Of a stretch of DNA of 64,000 bases, positions 1 to 12,934 are shown one piece after another. A model generated the notes under the pieces. The model saw nothing but the letters and a program-made list of their open reading frames with translations. It was not told the origin of the DNA and did not search any database. The first letter of the stretch is position 1. Every line of letters begins with the position of its first letter. Location of the stretch: contig NC_045138.2 of the NCBI RefSeq assembly GCF_008831285.2, positions 25,792,001-25,856,000 of the forward strand, given 5' to 3'. The position numbers and the translations under genes were made by a program. Origin of the DNA: Nymphaea colorata. Its lineage: Eukaryota.

Positions 1-236
1 TTCTTAGACTTAAAAGAGTTATTTAAATCTACCATTTATAGCGGGTACTTTTATTAAAGTTCTTTCAAAAGCGTTGAACCTTACCCTACCCTGCTCTAAT
101 GAACCACTAGCACCTGTGGCCACTTATGGAACGGATCATGCCAACCATCAACATAAAAAAAGAGAGCAACTAGTGTGTTGCCTCCACTAGCGCAGCAAAT
201 CTTCTTTCTTCGAGGCCTACCGAGAGAGAGAGAGCC

Positions 237-1649
237 ATGGAGTCAACAGTGGTCATCTTCCCAACCACCACAACAGGCCACCTCGTCTCCGTGATTGAGC
301 TCGCCAAATTCATCTCCCAGCTAAACCCACGCCTCTCCATCACCACCCTTTTGATGCCCAGTCCTCTAGGTCCTTCTCCAGCTTCTGCGCACACGGAGAC
401 GGTCGCATCCACCGCCCCCAATGTCCGCTTCGTCCACCTCCCTCCAGTTGAACTGACCGTCAACCTGCAAAATGCCCAACCGGAGACCTTAGTCTCTCTC
501 TGCGTTGAGAGGTACAAGCCCTTGGTGTCCGACCACCTCCGGTCACTTTGTGCGTCCACCAAGGTCTCCGCCTTCGTCATTGATTTGTTCTGCACCACCA
601 TGATCGACGTCGCGGCACAGTTGAACATCCCCACATACGTCTTCTTCACCTCAGGGGCGTACCTATTGTCCTTGTTGCTGCACCTCCCCAAATTGGACGC
701 CATGATTTCTACCGAGTTCGTAGAATGTACGACCAACATCACCATCCCCGGCATGCCTTCTCTCCCACCACACGACCTGCTGATGCCTCTCAAGGATAGG
801 AAGAACGACGCTTACAGGTGGATGCTCTACCATTCGCGGAAGCTACACGAGATTAAGGGGTTCTTAGTGAATACGTTCGACGACTTGCAACCGCGACTTG
901 CAGACGCCGTGCCCCAGTTGGTCGCCGGCGATGGCGCCGGCCCCACCGTTCTCCCTGTCGGACCGCTGTTGGCTCTTGACACGAACAAGGGATCGGACCA
1001 CGAATGCATCCAGTGGCTAGACGATCAACCCGATGGGTCTGTGGTTTTTCTATGTTTCGGCAGTTTGGGCGCCCTCCCTGATAACCAGCTCCGAGAAGTG
1101 GCACGTGGGCTGGAGCTTAGCGGGCAGAGGTTCTTGTGGTCCGCGCGATCTCGGCCACCGCCCGGAGAGATGATTCAGTGGCGGGACGCCAATCTGGAGG
1201 AGGTTTTGCCGGACGGCTTTTTGGAGCGGACCCGCGATCGGGGATTGGTTTGGCCGACGTGGGTGCCCCAAGTCGCCATTCTGTCACACCGATCCGTCGG
1301 TGGGTTTGTGTCGCACTGCGGGTGGAACTCTACTCTGGAGAGCGTCTGGTTCGGGGTGCCGCTGATCGCCTGGCCCCTCTTTGCAGAGCAGAGGATGAAC
1401 GCATTCGAGTTGGTGAACGATCTGGGGTTGGCTGTAGGCTTGAAGAAGGAGAGCGTCGAGGAGGACGCCTTTGTGAGGGCAGAGGAGTTGGAGAGGGCGG
1501 TGAGGCAGTTGATGGAAGGTGAGGAAGGGGAGATGGTGAGAACGAAGATGAAGGCGATGAAGGAGTCGGCAAGAAGGGCGGTGAAGGAAGGCGGATCTTC
1601 GTACAATAATTTGAAGATGGTGGTGGCTGAGTGGAGCAGAGACCAGTGA
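237..1649 (+). CDS. UDP-glycosyltransferase, group E (UGT71/88-like), intronless, 470 aa (UGT-A)
   Basis: ATG-to-TGA ORF. N-terminal GHLVS catalytic His, IDLFC Asp, SVVFLCFGS motif and complete PSPG box WVPQVAILSHRSVGGFVSHCGWNSTLESVWFGVPLIAWPLFAEQ. Subfamily assigned by motif resemblance only. Confidence 0.95.
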   Translation: MESTVVIFPTTTTGHLVSVIELAKFISQLNPRLSITTLLMPSPLGPSPASAHTETVASTAPNVRFVHLPPVELTVNLQNAQPETLVSLCVERYKPLVSDHLRSLCASTKVSAFVIDLFCTTMIDVAAQLNIPTYVFFTSGAYLLSLLLHLPKLDAMISTEFVECTTNITIPGMPSLPPHDLLMPLKDRKNDAYRWMLYHSRKLHEIKGFLVNTFDDLQPRLADAVPQLVAGDGAGPTVLPVGPLLALDTNKGSDHECIQWLDDQPDGSVVFLCFGSLGALPDNQLREVARGLELSGQRFLWSARSRPPPGEMIQWRDANLEEVLPDGFLERTRDRGLVWPTWVPQVAILSHRSVGGFVSHCGWNSTLESVWFGVPLIAWPLFAEQRMNAFELVNDLGLAVGLKKESVEEDAFVRAEELERAVRQLMEGEEGEMVRTKMKAMKESARRAVKEGGSSYNNLKMVVAEWSRDQ

Positions 1650-2868
1650 TTTGGCCTTCCTTCGGCCCTTCGGCATTGTTACGAACTCGTGATGGGCTTC
1701 CTCTGCGTTCTGCCTTGGCTGTATCTTTTTGTTTTTTTTTTCACTCTCTAATTTACTTTTTCTACTCCATGCCACCTAATGAAAATGTGATGTACCTCGG
1801 TAACGGCAATTTGCTTTACTCTTTCTCCCTCTCTATATTTTGTACTCTGTTTTTTGTTCTTTTGTTCGCCGCTGTCTTCGAATCTCAATCCTGAAAGACA
1901 CCGTAGTTACAAACATTCAAAAAGTTTACAATACTCATAAAATGCAGGTTTCCCAATTTTACGATCTGTTTTATTTCTTTGGTAAGCCAAATGCATATTT
2001 TTGCTTTAGTCCCCTTAGAACATGTTCCAGCTAATGAAAATTCTTTGGAGTGTGTATCTTAAACGGTTGGATGTGTTCCGAGAATGTGTAAATTTTGCGT
2101 GGACCTAACTTTTTTGAGAGTGCATTTGTAGCATAGAGTTAACCCCTGAATTCAGGGTAAGCTATAATGCCATGTCTAACAATTAGCAGCTCATGGTCCT
2201 GTGCATGTACAGTTACTATGTTAAAACCCATGGCTTTCCTCACGAGTGACTGGTCTGACACCATTGCACCAAAGCAATGGTATGATCACATGGAAAAAGT
2301 CATTCCAATTCTGCTTTCTTTTTCGATCTCTTTCCCATTACCGAAACGTTTCATGTTCTTTCCTCCGTCAGCTATGGTGAAAATATGAGCACAAGGTCGT
2401 TCTGATCTAGTTAGTGTTTTGATACTCAAATTTTTACCTATAATAAGATTTGAATCCTTGACCTCCGACTTTTTTGCCAGGTTAATTTCACTGAAGCCAC
2501 CTTATGAAGCAGAGTATTTCTTTTTCAGCATTTGATGGATTATGGATAATCTGTACAAATATGGAAAAGTTATCCCACTACACAGTCAAATTCTTGTGCA
2601 TCAAACAACCTGAGGGCATAAATTATTTCAAGTCTATTCTTTTCGACCCCTTTTTCTGTCTCACTTGCTTTTCTCTCTCCTTATTATTTGTTAATTCACC
2701 TACCCCTTGTGGTTGATGGATCTTAAGCAAGCAAGGACAAAAGTTTCAAAATCTAGTTTTATTTTGAGTATGGTTTTACTGATGTCCAGCAGCAAAGTAT
2801 AGAAAACCGGCATTGGATCTCAGATATGAAGTCGAACTCTAGTAAACAGTCGAACTCTAGTAAACCGG

Positions 2869-3175
2869 CATTGTCACAAAAAACGTGTGAAGAATTTCTA
2901 AAATTTCTTGGATATAATACGACAAAGTTATATATCTCGAAAATAAAACGGGAAAATTTTGACAAATTTTTACAAAATTTAAAACATTTAAAAAATCCTG
3001 AAAATTGTAAAAAAATAAAAATATGAAAAAATGTACAAAAACACGTACGTTTTTTATTTTCTAGCATTTTTTTGTTTAAAAAGAGGCGTTTTGTATGGGT
3101 ATTATATGACTGACTATGTTTTGGCGGCATATTATACACTTATTTTTCCAATAAAACATATTTTTTGTGACAGTG
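2869..3175. mobile_element. AT-rich MITE-like element
   Basis: Terminal inverted repeat CATTGTCACAAAAAA ... TTTTTTGTGACAGTG (14/15 match). No clear TSD. Preceded by an 18-bp tandem duplication AGTCGAACTCTAGTAAAC x2 (2830-2865). Confidence 0.6.
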
Positions 3176-3582
3176 TGAGGTGCCAACTTTGATGACAAGC
3201 TGATCAAATTCATGCACCGCGGGATTGCAGAATATGTTCCACAGCTGCCATCATATATATTGCCACTTCAATTTGAATGATGCACCACTTGCTCTAGTCT
3301 TTACTCAGACTGCCCTCCATATGCGTCAACTTTAGAGGGTGCCAATATCTTATCACTATGCCCACTTCCTCGTGTTCCCTCAATCTTGCTAGCTACTGTC
3401 TTGACATTGTCAGCTTTTAACGAATACAGGTAAGGGCAGTACGTGGGTTCTGAGGGTGTTAATAATGAAAAGTACCTGAGATGAAACACTTTGCTTGTGA
3501 GAGGAGCTATCAGTCCTCTGTTCATGTGATGACATCCGAAGAATAAAGAAGGGAGGTTTGAAGAGAATGGGCTGTATATATA

Positions 3583-3703
3583 TCGACCTTCTCCATGCAT
3601 GCATATATGGTTGATATGTGCTTAATGATCTTAGGCTTCCTTGGAGCTGTTGGAGATGGGCTCTCCCTGCCCATAATCCAGCAAGGCCATGAACAAATTC
3701 TAA
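3583..3703 (+). pseudogene. Relic of the first exon of an ABCB15-type (MDR/P-glycoprotein) ABC transporter
   Basis: Translates STFSMHAYMVDMCLMILGFLGAVGDGLSLPII and, after a frameshift, SKAMNKF*. This resembles the N-terminal SIFMHAD..D..LM.LG.IGAVGDG...P......SKLMN segment recalled for ABCB15-clade proteins. No downstream exons recognised. Confidence 0.7.
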
Positions 3704-4714
3704 ATAGAAGATAGGATCTCTCTCTCCCTGTCTTTCAAGTACTTTTGTTAATCTTAATGGAAAAGAAACTCTCTAAAACATGTCAACAATGTTTGTCTTA
3801 TGCTCTTGTCAACTCCAATAACTCCATGTACGTATTGCTTGTGATTAAATTCCTGTGGTGTCAACGTGCAAAGTGAGGTGACAGTCACTGGTAAACTTTG
3901 TTAAGGATGATAGTATAGTTTTTCTAATTGACACATTGTTAAGGATGATCTAATGATGATGTGGTAGGATATTTTAATTAGATACAACCAGCCGATATCA
4001 TTAAAGAGCTGAAATTGATCTTTTATGTTGTTCCCGAAATAAGCACTTTTATAGTACATGCATTCATTTTTTATTTCGTAGGTGCTAATAAAAATTAAGG
4101 GGCATATTTTCGTTTGCTGGGTAGCACTTTTTAGCCTCGGTGAAAAAGAATGAAAAGAATTAGAGTCTAAGACATATACTCTTTCTTGTAGTTCAACAAC
4201 CAGACACTTGCATTTGCATGCAGTAATGAGTTTGACAGGTAGAACTCATCAAAGAAAACACAAACATCAAAGAGAACAAACAAATCAAACATAACAGAAA
4301 CAAATGTTAGACAATACAGTCCGAACAAACATATGTGAACAAACGCCAACAAGAACGTAGTATTTAGTTCATAAAATCATTAAATAATGGACAATGAACA
4401 TCATTGTCCATAAAAATAAGACAGTAGTATGATAGACATAACTTCGTATATTCATATTGAATGCACAGCAATCAAACGACCTCAATGACCTCAATGACCA
4501 AACGACCTCTCATTGAAGAACTCCACCCAGAATTGAGAAATGAGAATTGATTCCAATAGTCCGGATCCGCAAACGAATTTGGGTCTTAATATCCGACCCA
4601 TTGACTTCCCAAGGCAAGTAGAACCGAAAGAGGGGAAGGGAGGGCAGAACAGTGAAGGCGGGAAGGAGGAGACAATCTTCTTTTCGAGGGAAAGGGGAGG
4701 GAGGGAAGAACCAG

Positions 4715-7700
4715 ATGCCGGTAGCTCGGCCCGAACTTCATAAGGACGTCCGCGTCATCGCCCATGTCGACATGGATTGCTTCTATGTCCAAGGTATGCC
4801 CCTCCCTCCCTCCCTCTCTCTCACACACACGCCCACACACAACCGAACCAGCCATGGCTGATGGCAGGAAGTTGTACTTTTAGTAAGTGACAGAAATAAA
4901 CGAGTCCACCGACAATGGAACTAAAACAGTCTCATGCACATGCTTGACGTTCTGCCTCGATCTAAAGGGAACATTGTTCTCTCGCAGCTGCCAACTTTTC
5001 GAGGGATTTCGTCGGTAGAATGTTTTTTTTTTTTTTTCAATTAATTCTCAGATGCAATCTAACCGACCATCAAGTACATATAGGAGGGCTTGCTTGCTTA
5101 ATGTTCTTGACTTTGTTTTTCTGAGACATGGTTTCATCAGTTGTTGGCTGAAAGCGGAACCCATCAATGGCTGCTGGGTCGATGACTCTGCCATTTGAGA
5201 AATGGTGTTGTGAAACTTCACTTGGATCAATGAAATAAGTTCTAGAAACATCTAATTGGACGGTTGAGTTGTACTTAAAATCTTTGCTAGGGGATGTTTT
5301 TGAGTTTCCTTCCGGCAAGATTTCAGAAGGTTTATTCTTCGCAATTATCGTTATTTAAGTTGTTCTTTTGTTAATTCACATAAAGAAGATTATTCGCTAC
5401 CCTTTATGAGAAAAGGAAAACAAAGGTACCAGACATCCTACCATCTAAGATTGAGATAAAACGTCTTTGTTTCTCTGCATGACTAGAAAATAAAATCAGC
5501 AGGTTCCGTGATGTACTGATATAGATTTTTTCTCTCTCTTATGCTACTTGCAGTGGAGCAAAGAAAACGCCCAGATTTAAAAGGTGTTCCTACCGCAGTA
5601 GTGCAATACAATTCCTGGAAAGGTGGGGGTCTGATTGCTGTCAGCTATGAGGCTCGAAAATATGGCGTGAAACGGTGGGTAACGTAGCATCCAATTCTAC
5701 CATCATCTCATTCTCTGAATCAAAATATTGTTTAGGGAACCTCAAATTAGCAGTTCTTTTCAGCTCCATGCGTGGAGATGAGGCTAAAAAAGTCTGTCCA
5801 GAGATCCAATTAATTCAGGTTCCAGTTGCTCGGGGTAAAGCTGACCTAAATTTGTACAGAGATGCAGGATCTGAGGTTTGTCGAAGAAAATGACATGACA
5901 TTGCACTTTATCCTTTCAACTATTAAGCAGTGTATCTTGATACGTTCGGTTATGTTTTCTAAGCGTATACCATAACCCATGTAGGTTGTTTCTGTGCTTG
6001 CAAGAAAAGGAAGGTGTGAGCGTGCATCTATCGATGAGGTTTACCTTGACCTCACAGATGCAGCCAGAGACATGCTATCTGAAAGTCCTCCTGAAACTCT
6101 GGAAGCACTTGATGATGAGACAACGAAGACCCATGTTATAGGGATTTGCAAGGTTTACCCTTTTTAACAATATTGATTTTTTAGTGTATATTCACTGGCC
6201 ACTTGTTGCATGAATGCAAATTTGCACGTGTGTAGGATGAAGCAGATAGAGAATTGGTAGTTAAGGAGTGGCTCTGTCGCAGTGATGCTGACTGCAATGA
6301 TAAGTTACTAGCTTGTGGGGCTGTTATTGTGGCAGCCCTTCGAAAGGAAGTTTTGATGGAGACAAAGTTTACATGTTCTGCTGGAATTGCTCACAATAAG
6401 GTGAATTTTTTCATCTGTACATTCTTCATGATCATTATCTTGTCTCTTATTAGATTTAGTTTTACACAGTTTGGGTTTAGGAAGTACAGCTATACTTGGC
6501 TGTAAGGCTTGTTTGTTTTGTGCATCTATTCTTGTATTGACCTTTAAATTAAATTTGAAATCCTGGTAGTACTGTGTCTGTTGCAATTTTGGCAGATGCT
6601 GGCAAAACTTTCAAGTGCAATGCATAAGCCTGCACAACAAACTATAGTACCATTATCATCTGTCAAAGAGTTACTGGCATCTTTCCCCATAAAGAAAATG
6701 TAATTATCTGTTACTGCTTGTTTCGCTTGGGACTTTAAATTAGTGGAATGCATCGATATAGACTGCCATTGCCATAGCCTTTTCAATATAAGACTTTGTA
6801 AGCTTTAGGTTGTTGCTCTTTGTAGTTTGTCTTTTAGAGACCAGCCAAGTTCTCCATTACAGCTTCTTTGCTTTTGCCTGTTTTTGGTGCTCAAGCATTG
6901 TTCTTTTCAGGAAGCAGCTTGGAGGAAAACTGGGTAGTTCAGTTGAAAGTGATCTTGGGGTGCATTTTGTTGGTGACCTCTTGCAGTTTTCTGAAGAAAA
7001 ACTTCAGTCACTTTATGGAATAAATACTGGGTTAGTAGTTTGATTGATGAAAAAAGCATGTCTAAATTGTCAAAAGTTCCATTAACATTAATATTCAGCT
7101 GATCATGCAACTGCATGAATGGCATGTGTTAAGAGATATACCAAAAAAAGTATGAAGTAAGTTTTTTCAGAAGTTTGTACCTTTATAGCGAGTAAATTTG
7201 TTAGGACGTTGCTTTTTTTTTTGTTTGGCTGCTAGGTGCACTGGCACATGTTCATTTGGCGGTTTATTCTGTTTACTGTAACTGGGTATGCATTACTTAT
7301 TCCTTTGGGACTGATTATTCGTCTTTTCTAATCCATCACTCAGTACATGGTTATGGAATATCGCTAGGGGCATCAGTGGGGAAGAAGTTAAGGGTCGTTT
7401 GCTTCCCATGAGCCATGGCTGTGGGAAGACATTTCCAGGTCCGAAAGCCTTGAGAACTATTTCTGCTGTAAGTATTTCTTTTTTACGTTTTTGATTTGTT
7501 ATGTTTTTTATAGCTTCTTATAGTACCACTACCTTGCATATTCTTGTGGATGTTCTTACATTGATATGCTACCTTGCTTGTTCTTATTTTGTTCAACATG
7601 GGATCTTTGACAGCATGTCAAACTGATGATCTCATGTCTGGCTCATGTTCTCCAGTTAGCCACTATGAGTATGTTTATCTGCTGGTATTAGGTTCACTAC

Positions 7701-9707
7701 CTTGTTTTAAATGTTTTTCTGCGCCCTTGACTAAAAAACCAAGATTACTTGCCTGTTGTGGAGCACTAAGAAGAAAGAAAAGCATGCCTCGTGTCCCATA
7801 GTCCAATCCTTGCCATATCAATCTCCTTTGATCACTCTTACGGGTACTACTGCTGCATCAATGTACAAGGAGTCCTTTAATTATTTCTGCCAGAATTTTC
7901 TGCCTTTTCTTTTTCATTTTGTTATTGAAATAGCTGGGTGTTTGATGCACCATACTGGGGTTACATTCGTTTGATTATCAAAATATTACTTCCTTTTCAG
8001 GTTTTTGACCTTTCATGTTTGTTAGCTGTGCTTGTATCTTTACTGAAATAACCATTTAGGTACAAAACTGGCTAAATGAACTCTGTGAGGAGCTCAATGA
8101 ACGTATACAGTCTGATTTGGAGCAAAACCAGAGGGTTGCCCAAACCCTAACCTTACATGCTAGAGCATATCAGGTACTTAAATGTTCTATTTTTTCACCT
8201 TGCTAATTACGGTTATTGTTTTTCTTTATGTCTCTTTATTAGCCCCTGGTTCTGCACTCTTAACCCTCTCTTTTCAGAGCATGATTATAATTTGGTTTCA
8301 AACAAGCTCTTACTTGTCCCTGAACCAAGAAAGACAAATACGTAACAGCTCTTTAGTTAGTAAAGATGCTCACCATTTGTTTGACGTGTTAGAATGGGAT
8401 TTCCAAGAATAACTCAAGGGATAATATGCAGAACATATTACCTTCCATGAACGGACTCTGACTATATTAAGATGTTTACAAGAATTTGTTGTCTAATGAA
8501 GATGATCTACCTCTGCCTGAATGCTTATGTGCATGTTTTTATATACACAAGCATCACAGTCTAAAATGATTTTTATTTTCACTTGCTTAGGTGGCCAAGC
8601 AACTGCGTTAACCAGTGTCCCTATCAGAATATAGGTGTTTCTGAATGTGTTATCATTGACTATGTTCTGACTTGATGTTTGCAGTCCAACGTGGAAACGG
8701 AGAAGAAATTCCCCTCAAAGTCCTGTCCATTAAGATATGGGACCCAAAAACTTCAGGAAGATGCTCTGAAGCTATTTAACAGTGGGTTGCATGAATATAT
8801 TGGCTTACGGTGTCAAAAAGAACATGCAAATCCAGATGGCTGCTCTTGGGGAGTTACTGCACTTTCAGTTTCAGCTAGTAATATTCATGCAGTGCCATCA
8901 GTAAGTACAGTTTCTGTGATGTGTGTGTATGTGTGATTGTGTGCATGTGCTGCAAGAAGCATGAGTACTGAGCAGCTATTTTGGTTACGTGATGCTTCGT
9001 TTTCTTTGTCGTTGGTTCAATAATAAACTTCTGGAACATGAATAAATACTACTGTTTGATTATGATGGGATATATGGACTTTCCGCATTACTAGATTACA
9101 TGAGTATAATTCAAAAGGGTTTCTTAGCGCTTAAAGATCTAATTTATCAGTCGAAACTGCTTATTTGCATGTATGTTCATCAAATTTGGATATAATGGAT
9201 GCTTATGATCTATATCTTGGTCAACATTTCTGTGGAGTTCCACTTGGCAGCCATGAGATAATCGCACATGGAGGTACTGCTGAATTCGAATTAATGATCT
9301 AGCTATGTGCCATGAAGTCTTGAACACCATCAAATGATCTTAGTTACATCATCTTTGAATTTTCTGGACTTGTGCACTAAAACTGAAAGCACGCTGATAA
9401 TACTGGTAGCAAATCACAGTTGTGCCTATGATCTTTTTGGCTTTGATGATGCACTTGCCTAAAATCAATTTTCATGGAAAAGTTGTATTTATATATGATA
9501 CACATAGTGCTTACACAATTTCTATTCTTAGGGTATAAAACCAATCACGGAATACTTTCGTGGCTGCAATCCTGCTTGCTCTTCCTCAGCACAGCTACAA
9601 ACCTCCAATGTTATTGAAGAATCAAGTGCAGGTAGATGATTCCCTTGTAGAAAATACCTCGTCTTGTTACTGGTTGTTACGGTTATGGTTCAGGAAGGAG
9701 AAAGCAT

Positions 9708-9752
<45 letters not shown>

Positions 9753-10114
9753 TTATTTATATATTTATTTATTTATTTATTTATTTATATTGTATTGATG
9801 CAGAAAGCGATGATGGGTATGGATCAAACCAAGCAGAGGAAAAAGCAGCGGCCTGGCATGAAGGGATCAGCAACACCAATGTGATGGTTAAACGTGGTGA
9901 GGTATCATACGGCAAAAACAATTCATGGGATTATGGCCTGGACAATATTGATCCATCTGTGCTTGAAGAGCTTCCCATAGAAATCCAGGAAGAGATACGT
10001 GCTGCAATGCGTCCAGCTAAGCGTGCTAACAATGTTAAGAAGGGTTCGAGTGCTAACAATGTTAAGAAGGGTTCGAGTATCGTTCATTACTTCTTACCTG
10101 TGAAGAAGGAATAG
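4715..10114 (+). CDS. POLH: DNA polymerase eta (Y-family translesion polymerase), 12 exons, 577 aa
   Basis: Exons 4715-4793, 5554-5674, 5764-5875, 5985-6152, 6236-6400, 6596-6699, 6911-7030, 7344-7467, 8060-8173, 8685-8900, 9532-9631, 9804-10114. All introns GT-AG; 1734 nt in frame. Motifs IAHVDMDCFYVQVE, IAVSYEAR, RASIDEVYLD, CSAGIAHNKMLAKL, HhH KQLGGKLG, UBM-like IDPSVLEELPIEIQEEI and C-terminal PIP-like SSIVHYF. Confidence 0.95.
10023..10078 (+). repeat. Perfect 27-bp in-frame tandem duplication in the last POLH exon
   Basis: GTGCTAACAATGTTAAGAAGGGTTCGA x2, encoding ANNVKKGSS twice. Confidence 0.95.
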
Positions 10115-11015
10115 GCAAACAACTTTCTGAATAATCTCTGATCTCCTTGATTATGGTCTTGGGCTTATACTTTCAACAAAGGCAATATCTCTGACATTTT
10201 ACGACTGGCTATTGAGATTATTATTGCATGACCAAAAGGATGTTCCTGACCACATCACAATGCAAAGGCCATCATGCTGCGGTGTTCAACTGGATCATTG
10301 AATGAATGAAGGTGCAATATAAAGCAACAAACATTACAACAGCGTGTGACGCATGAGATTCAAAGGTGAAATGACGTCTGTGGCATGCAAAATTGCAAAT
10401 GGTAGGGCATCAATTGCACAGGTTTGAGCAACTGATCTATGTGAATAATCTGCAGAAACATAACTTGCAAACTGAGTGGCATTAATGTTGAATATGGTAT
10501 AGCTGTTCTAGATCACTCATGAAGAAAATTGTTTAGGTACCAAAAATTGACTGCATTGAAAAGTTGGGTCAGCGATAGTAACTGTTCAGTTGTACATAAT
10601 TTAGTAATTGATATGTATTTTCCAAATTCCATTTTTATAGTCGATTGACGACGGATCTCTTGCTACTTCAACGTGTGTTCACGCTACTGTTATACGGTAG
10701 ATTAATAAACGGTACATCTTCCTACGAGAAAAAGGTTTTAATTGTTTCGCTGCGTGTGGTGGGAGATGTACCTTGAACAGAACACAATAAGCAGCGTTCA
10801 TTTTGCCTGACCTCTTGGGAGATGAAAACCAGACCTCTTCAAAGTCTCCTGAGCTTCAATTTTCATATAGGATGAGACAAGCCTAGAAGATGGTGCGAGG
10901 GGGTGACCCATGGCCCAAGAGGACGCCCTTACGGTTTCTTTGCACTCCAGGAGCCAGCAGTGAGGTGCAGACCTTAGTGAGAAAAAGTGCCGGAGGGACA
11001 GGCAGCCTGCTCAAA

Positions 11016-11183
11016 TAAGCTTGGGCATCGGGTTAGGTGGCCGTTGGGTTTCCGATCTCCGATTCGAGCCTGAGAAAAAAGGGCACCGGGTCGGCCCGAT
11101 AACTTATCGGCCGGGGTCTTGGGTTTTAATGATCGGGCCGAACCCAGCTTTCGGGTGTCGGGCAGGCCCGATGCCCAAACTTA
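11016..11183. mobile_element. hAT-type MITE (168 bp)
   Basis: TIR TAAGCTTGGGCATCGGG / CCCGATGCCCAAACTTA; 8-bp TSD TGCTCAAA / TGCTTAAA (1 mismatch); internal CGGG/CCCG subterminal motifs. Confidence 0.85.
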
Positions 11184-12934
11184 TGCTTAAACCACGAGTC
11201 GCAATAAGTGGTGTGGTCATTGCAATCTCTGAAGAATCTGAAAGCTGGAATCCAAGAAACCCACAAAGTGGATATATAACCTGTCATATGAATAAGGAGC
11301 CACTACTTTTCTATTCTAGTAACTCCTACCAGCAGTGAATAACCTCTCCAATTAAATCTTGTCCGTCTGCATGCCTACTCTGCCGCTTGGTTTCTCCTAG
11401 TTTTGTGAGTGTAACTACATACATGCATTTAAGATGTCTAAAAATGTAAGGAAAAAAAGATGATTTTTCCACGTGTTCACTTCGGTCTTGTATTGATTAA
11501 CCTATTATCTCAATGCATTTGCTAGAAAGAACTTTCTTTCTCAATACAGACGCGTCTTTTGGCCCCACCTTGTTAAAATATAAGGGATTCTCTAAGGTGA
11601 CAAAAATCTATCATGAAAGTTACGGTACGTTAGGAATGAAAAATGCTGTTTCTACTTTACAGTTCATTAATATGCACTTGAAACCCACCACTTACAACCT
11701 TTTTCTCTTTGCAACTTATTCGTTTATTTTACTTTTTCAAATACAGAGTGAGATCGCTAAACCTCGACACCTTAAAGTGGATTAATCTTGTATGAATAGA
11801 TCCAGGCATCACATATTCCATCTAAATATATAGCTGTAATCTCTTATCACCTTCTCCATTTCATAACATTCGAATCTTCACTGTCCAATATTTCTTGAGC
11901 ATGTCAGTCACTGTTGCAAAATAAATGTTTTGGTGAACGGTGAATCCGGTGGACTCACTCATTCAACAGAACCGATTGCGGATTGGCACAAAATATTTCT
12001 AAATTTAGACACATATAAACAAACTAATTAAGAAATGATGATCAAAAGAATTAAAAGATATATGAACACTAATAACGAATAAATCTAGTCAAAAGTACTA
12101 CAAAAGAAGAGTTCCCCTTTTTGGAGGGAGGATCTATGTATTCATGGCTGTACCACTCTGTTTGCATGGTACCTTCACATTCACGCTTTCCATTTTTTGT
12201 GTTATGCTCTTAATTGTGTCATCATAGTCTTATTATTTCGGTTTGATAGCATTAATTTATCGCACCTCTTTGCAGAATTGCAGTTCCATCTTAGGTGAAT
12301 CACCTAATATGTCAATTTGGCTGCTTCTGCTGAAAAGAGAGAGATAGTACAGAGAGAAAGAAAGAGAGAGAGAGGCCTTATATATAGTTAAAGGCATCTG
12401 ATTCCTTCTGCAATCGACCTTTACCCTTTCATCTGACAGAATATTGCATTCCTCCGACCTGTCCCTCACCTTCCTAAAAGCTTTGGTTGGCTTAACTTCA
12501 GCTTAGAGCGCACGCGATAAGACGTGAGTTATAAGGTATTCGAAGTCATCCAGACTCAAATTCCAACTCCCTCTTCCTGCACACATGAAGATAGACAACG
12601 TTGAGTTTTCGAATACTATAACCTCTCTGCAGATAGAAAGCGCTCTTCTAAATGCAGGTGAACGAGGCTGTTCGATCTCAGGTTGAGCTCTCTGGATATG
12701 CCAGACTTAGGTCTAGTTCTTAGAAGGTCCTTTGACGTGGGAAATAATACGAATGATAGCAACAAAGGCAAGAAAACAGTACTCACTTTGATTCTTAGAG
12801 AACTGATAGGGAATTTTCTGTGAGAACAACCAAATTCTACAACTCAGACAGTGAAATGACAAAACCGTGTAATGATATAAAGAAAGACAGAAAGAAAGAA
12901 AAGAGCATGTTTGGCCGACAAAGAAGCAGCAGCT

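Noticed and set aside
4600..4670. SOG1 or E2F sites in the POLH promoter
   Set aside because: The CTT...AAG spacing is 8 rather than 7, and GGCGGGAAG mismatches the E2F consensus.
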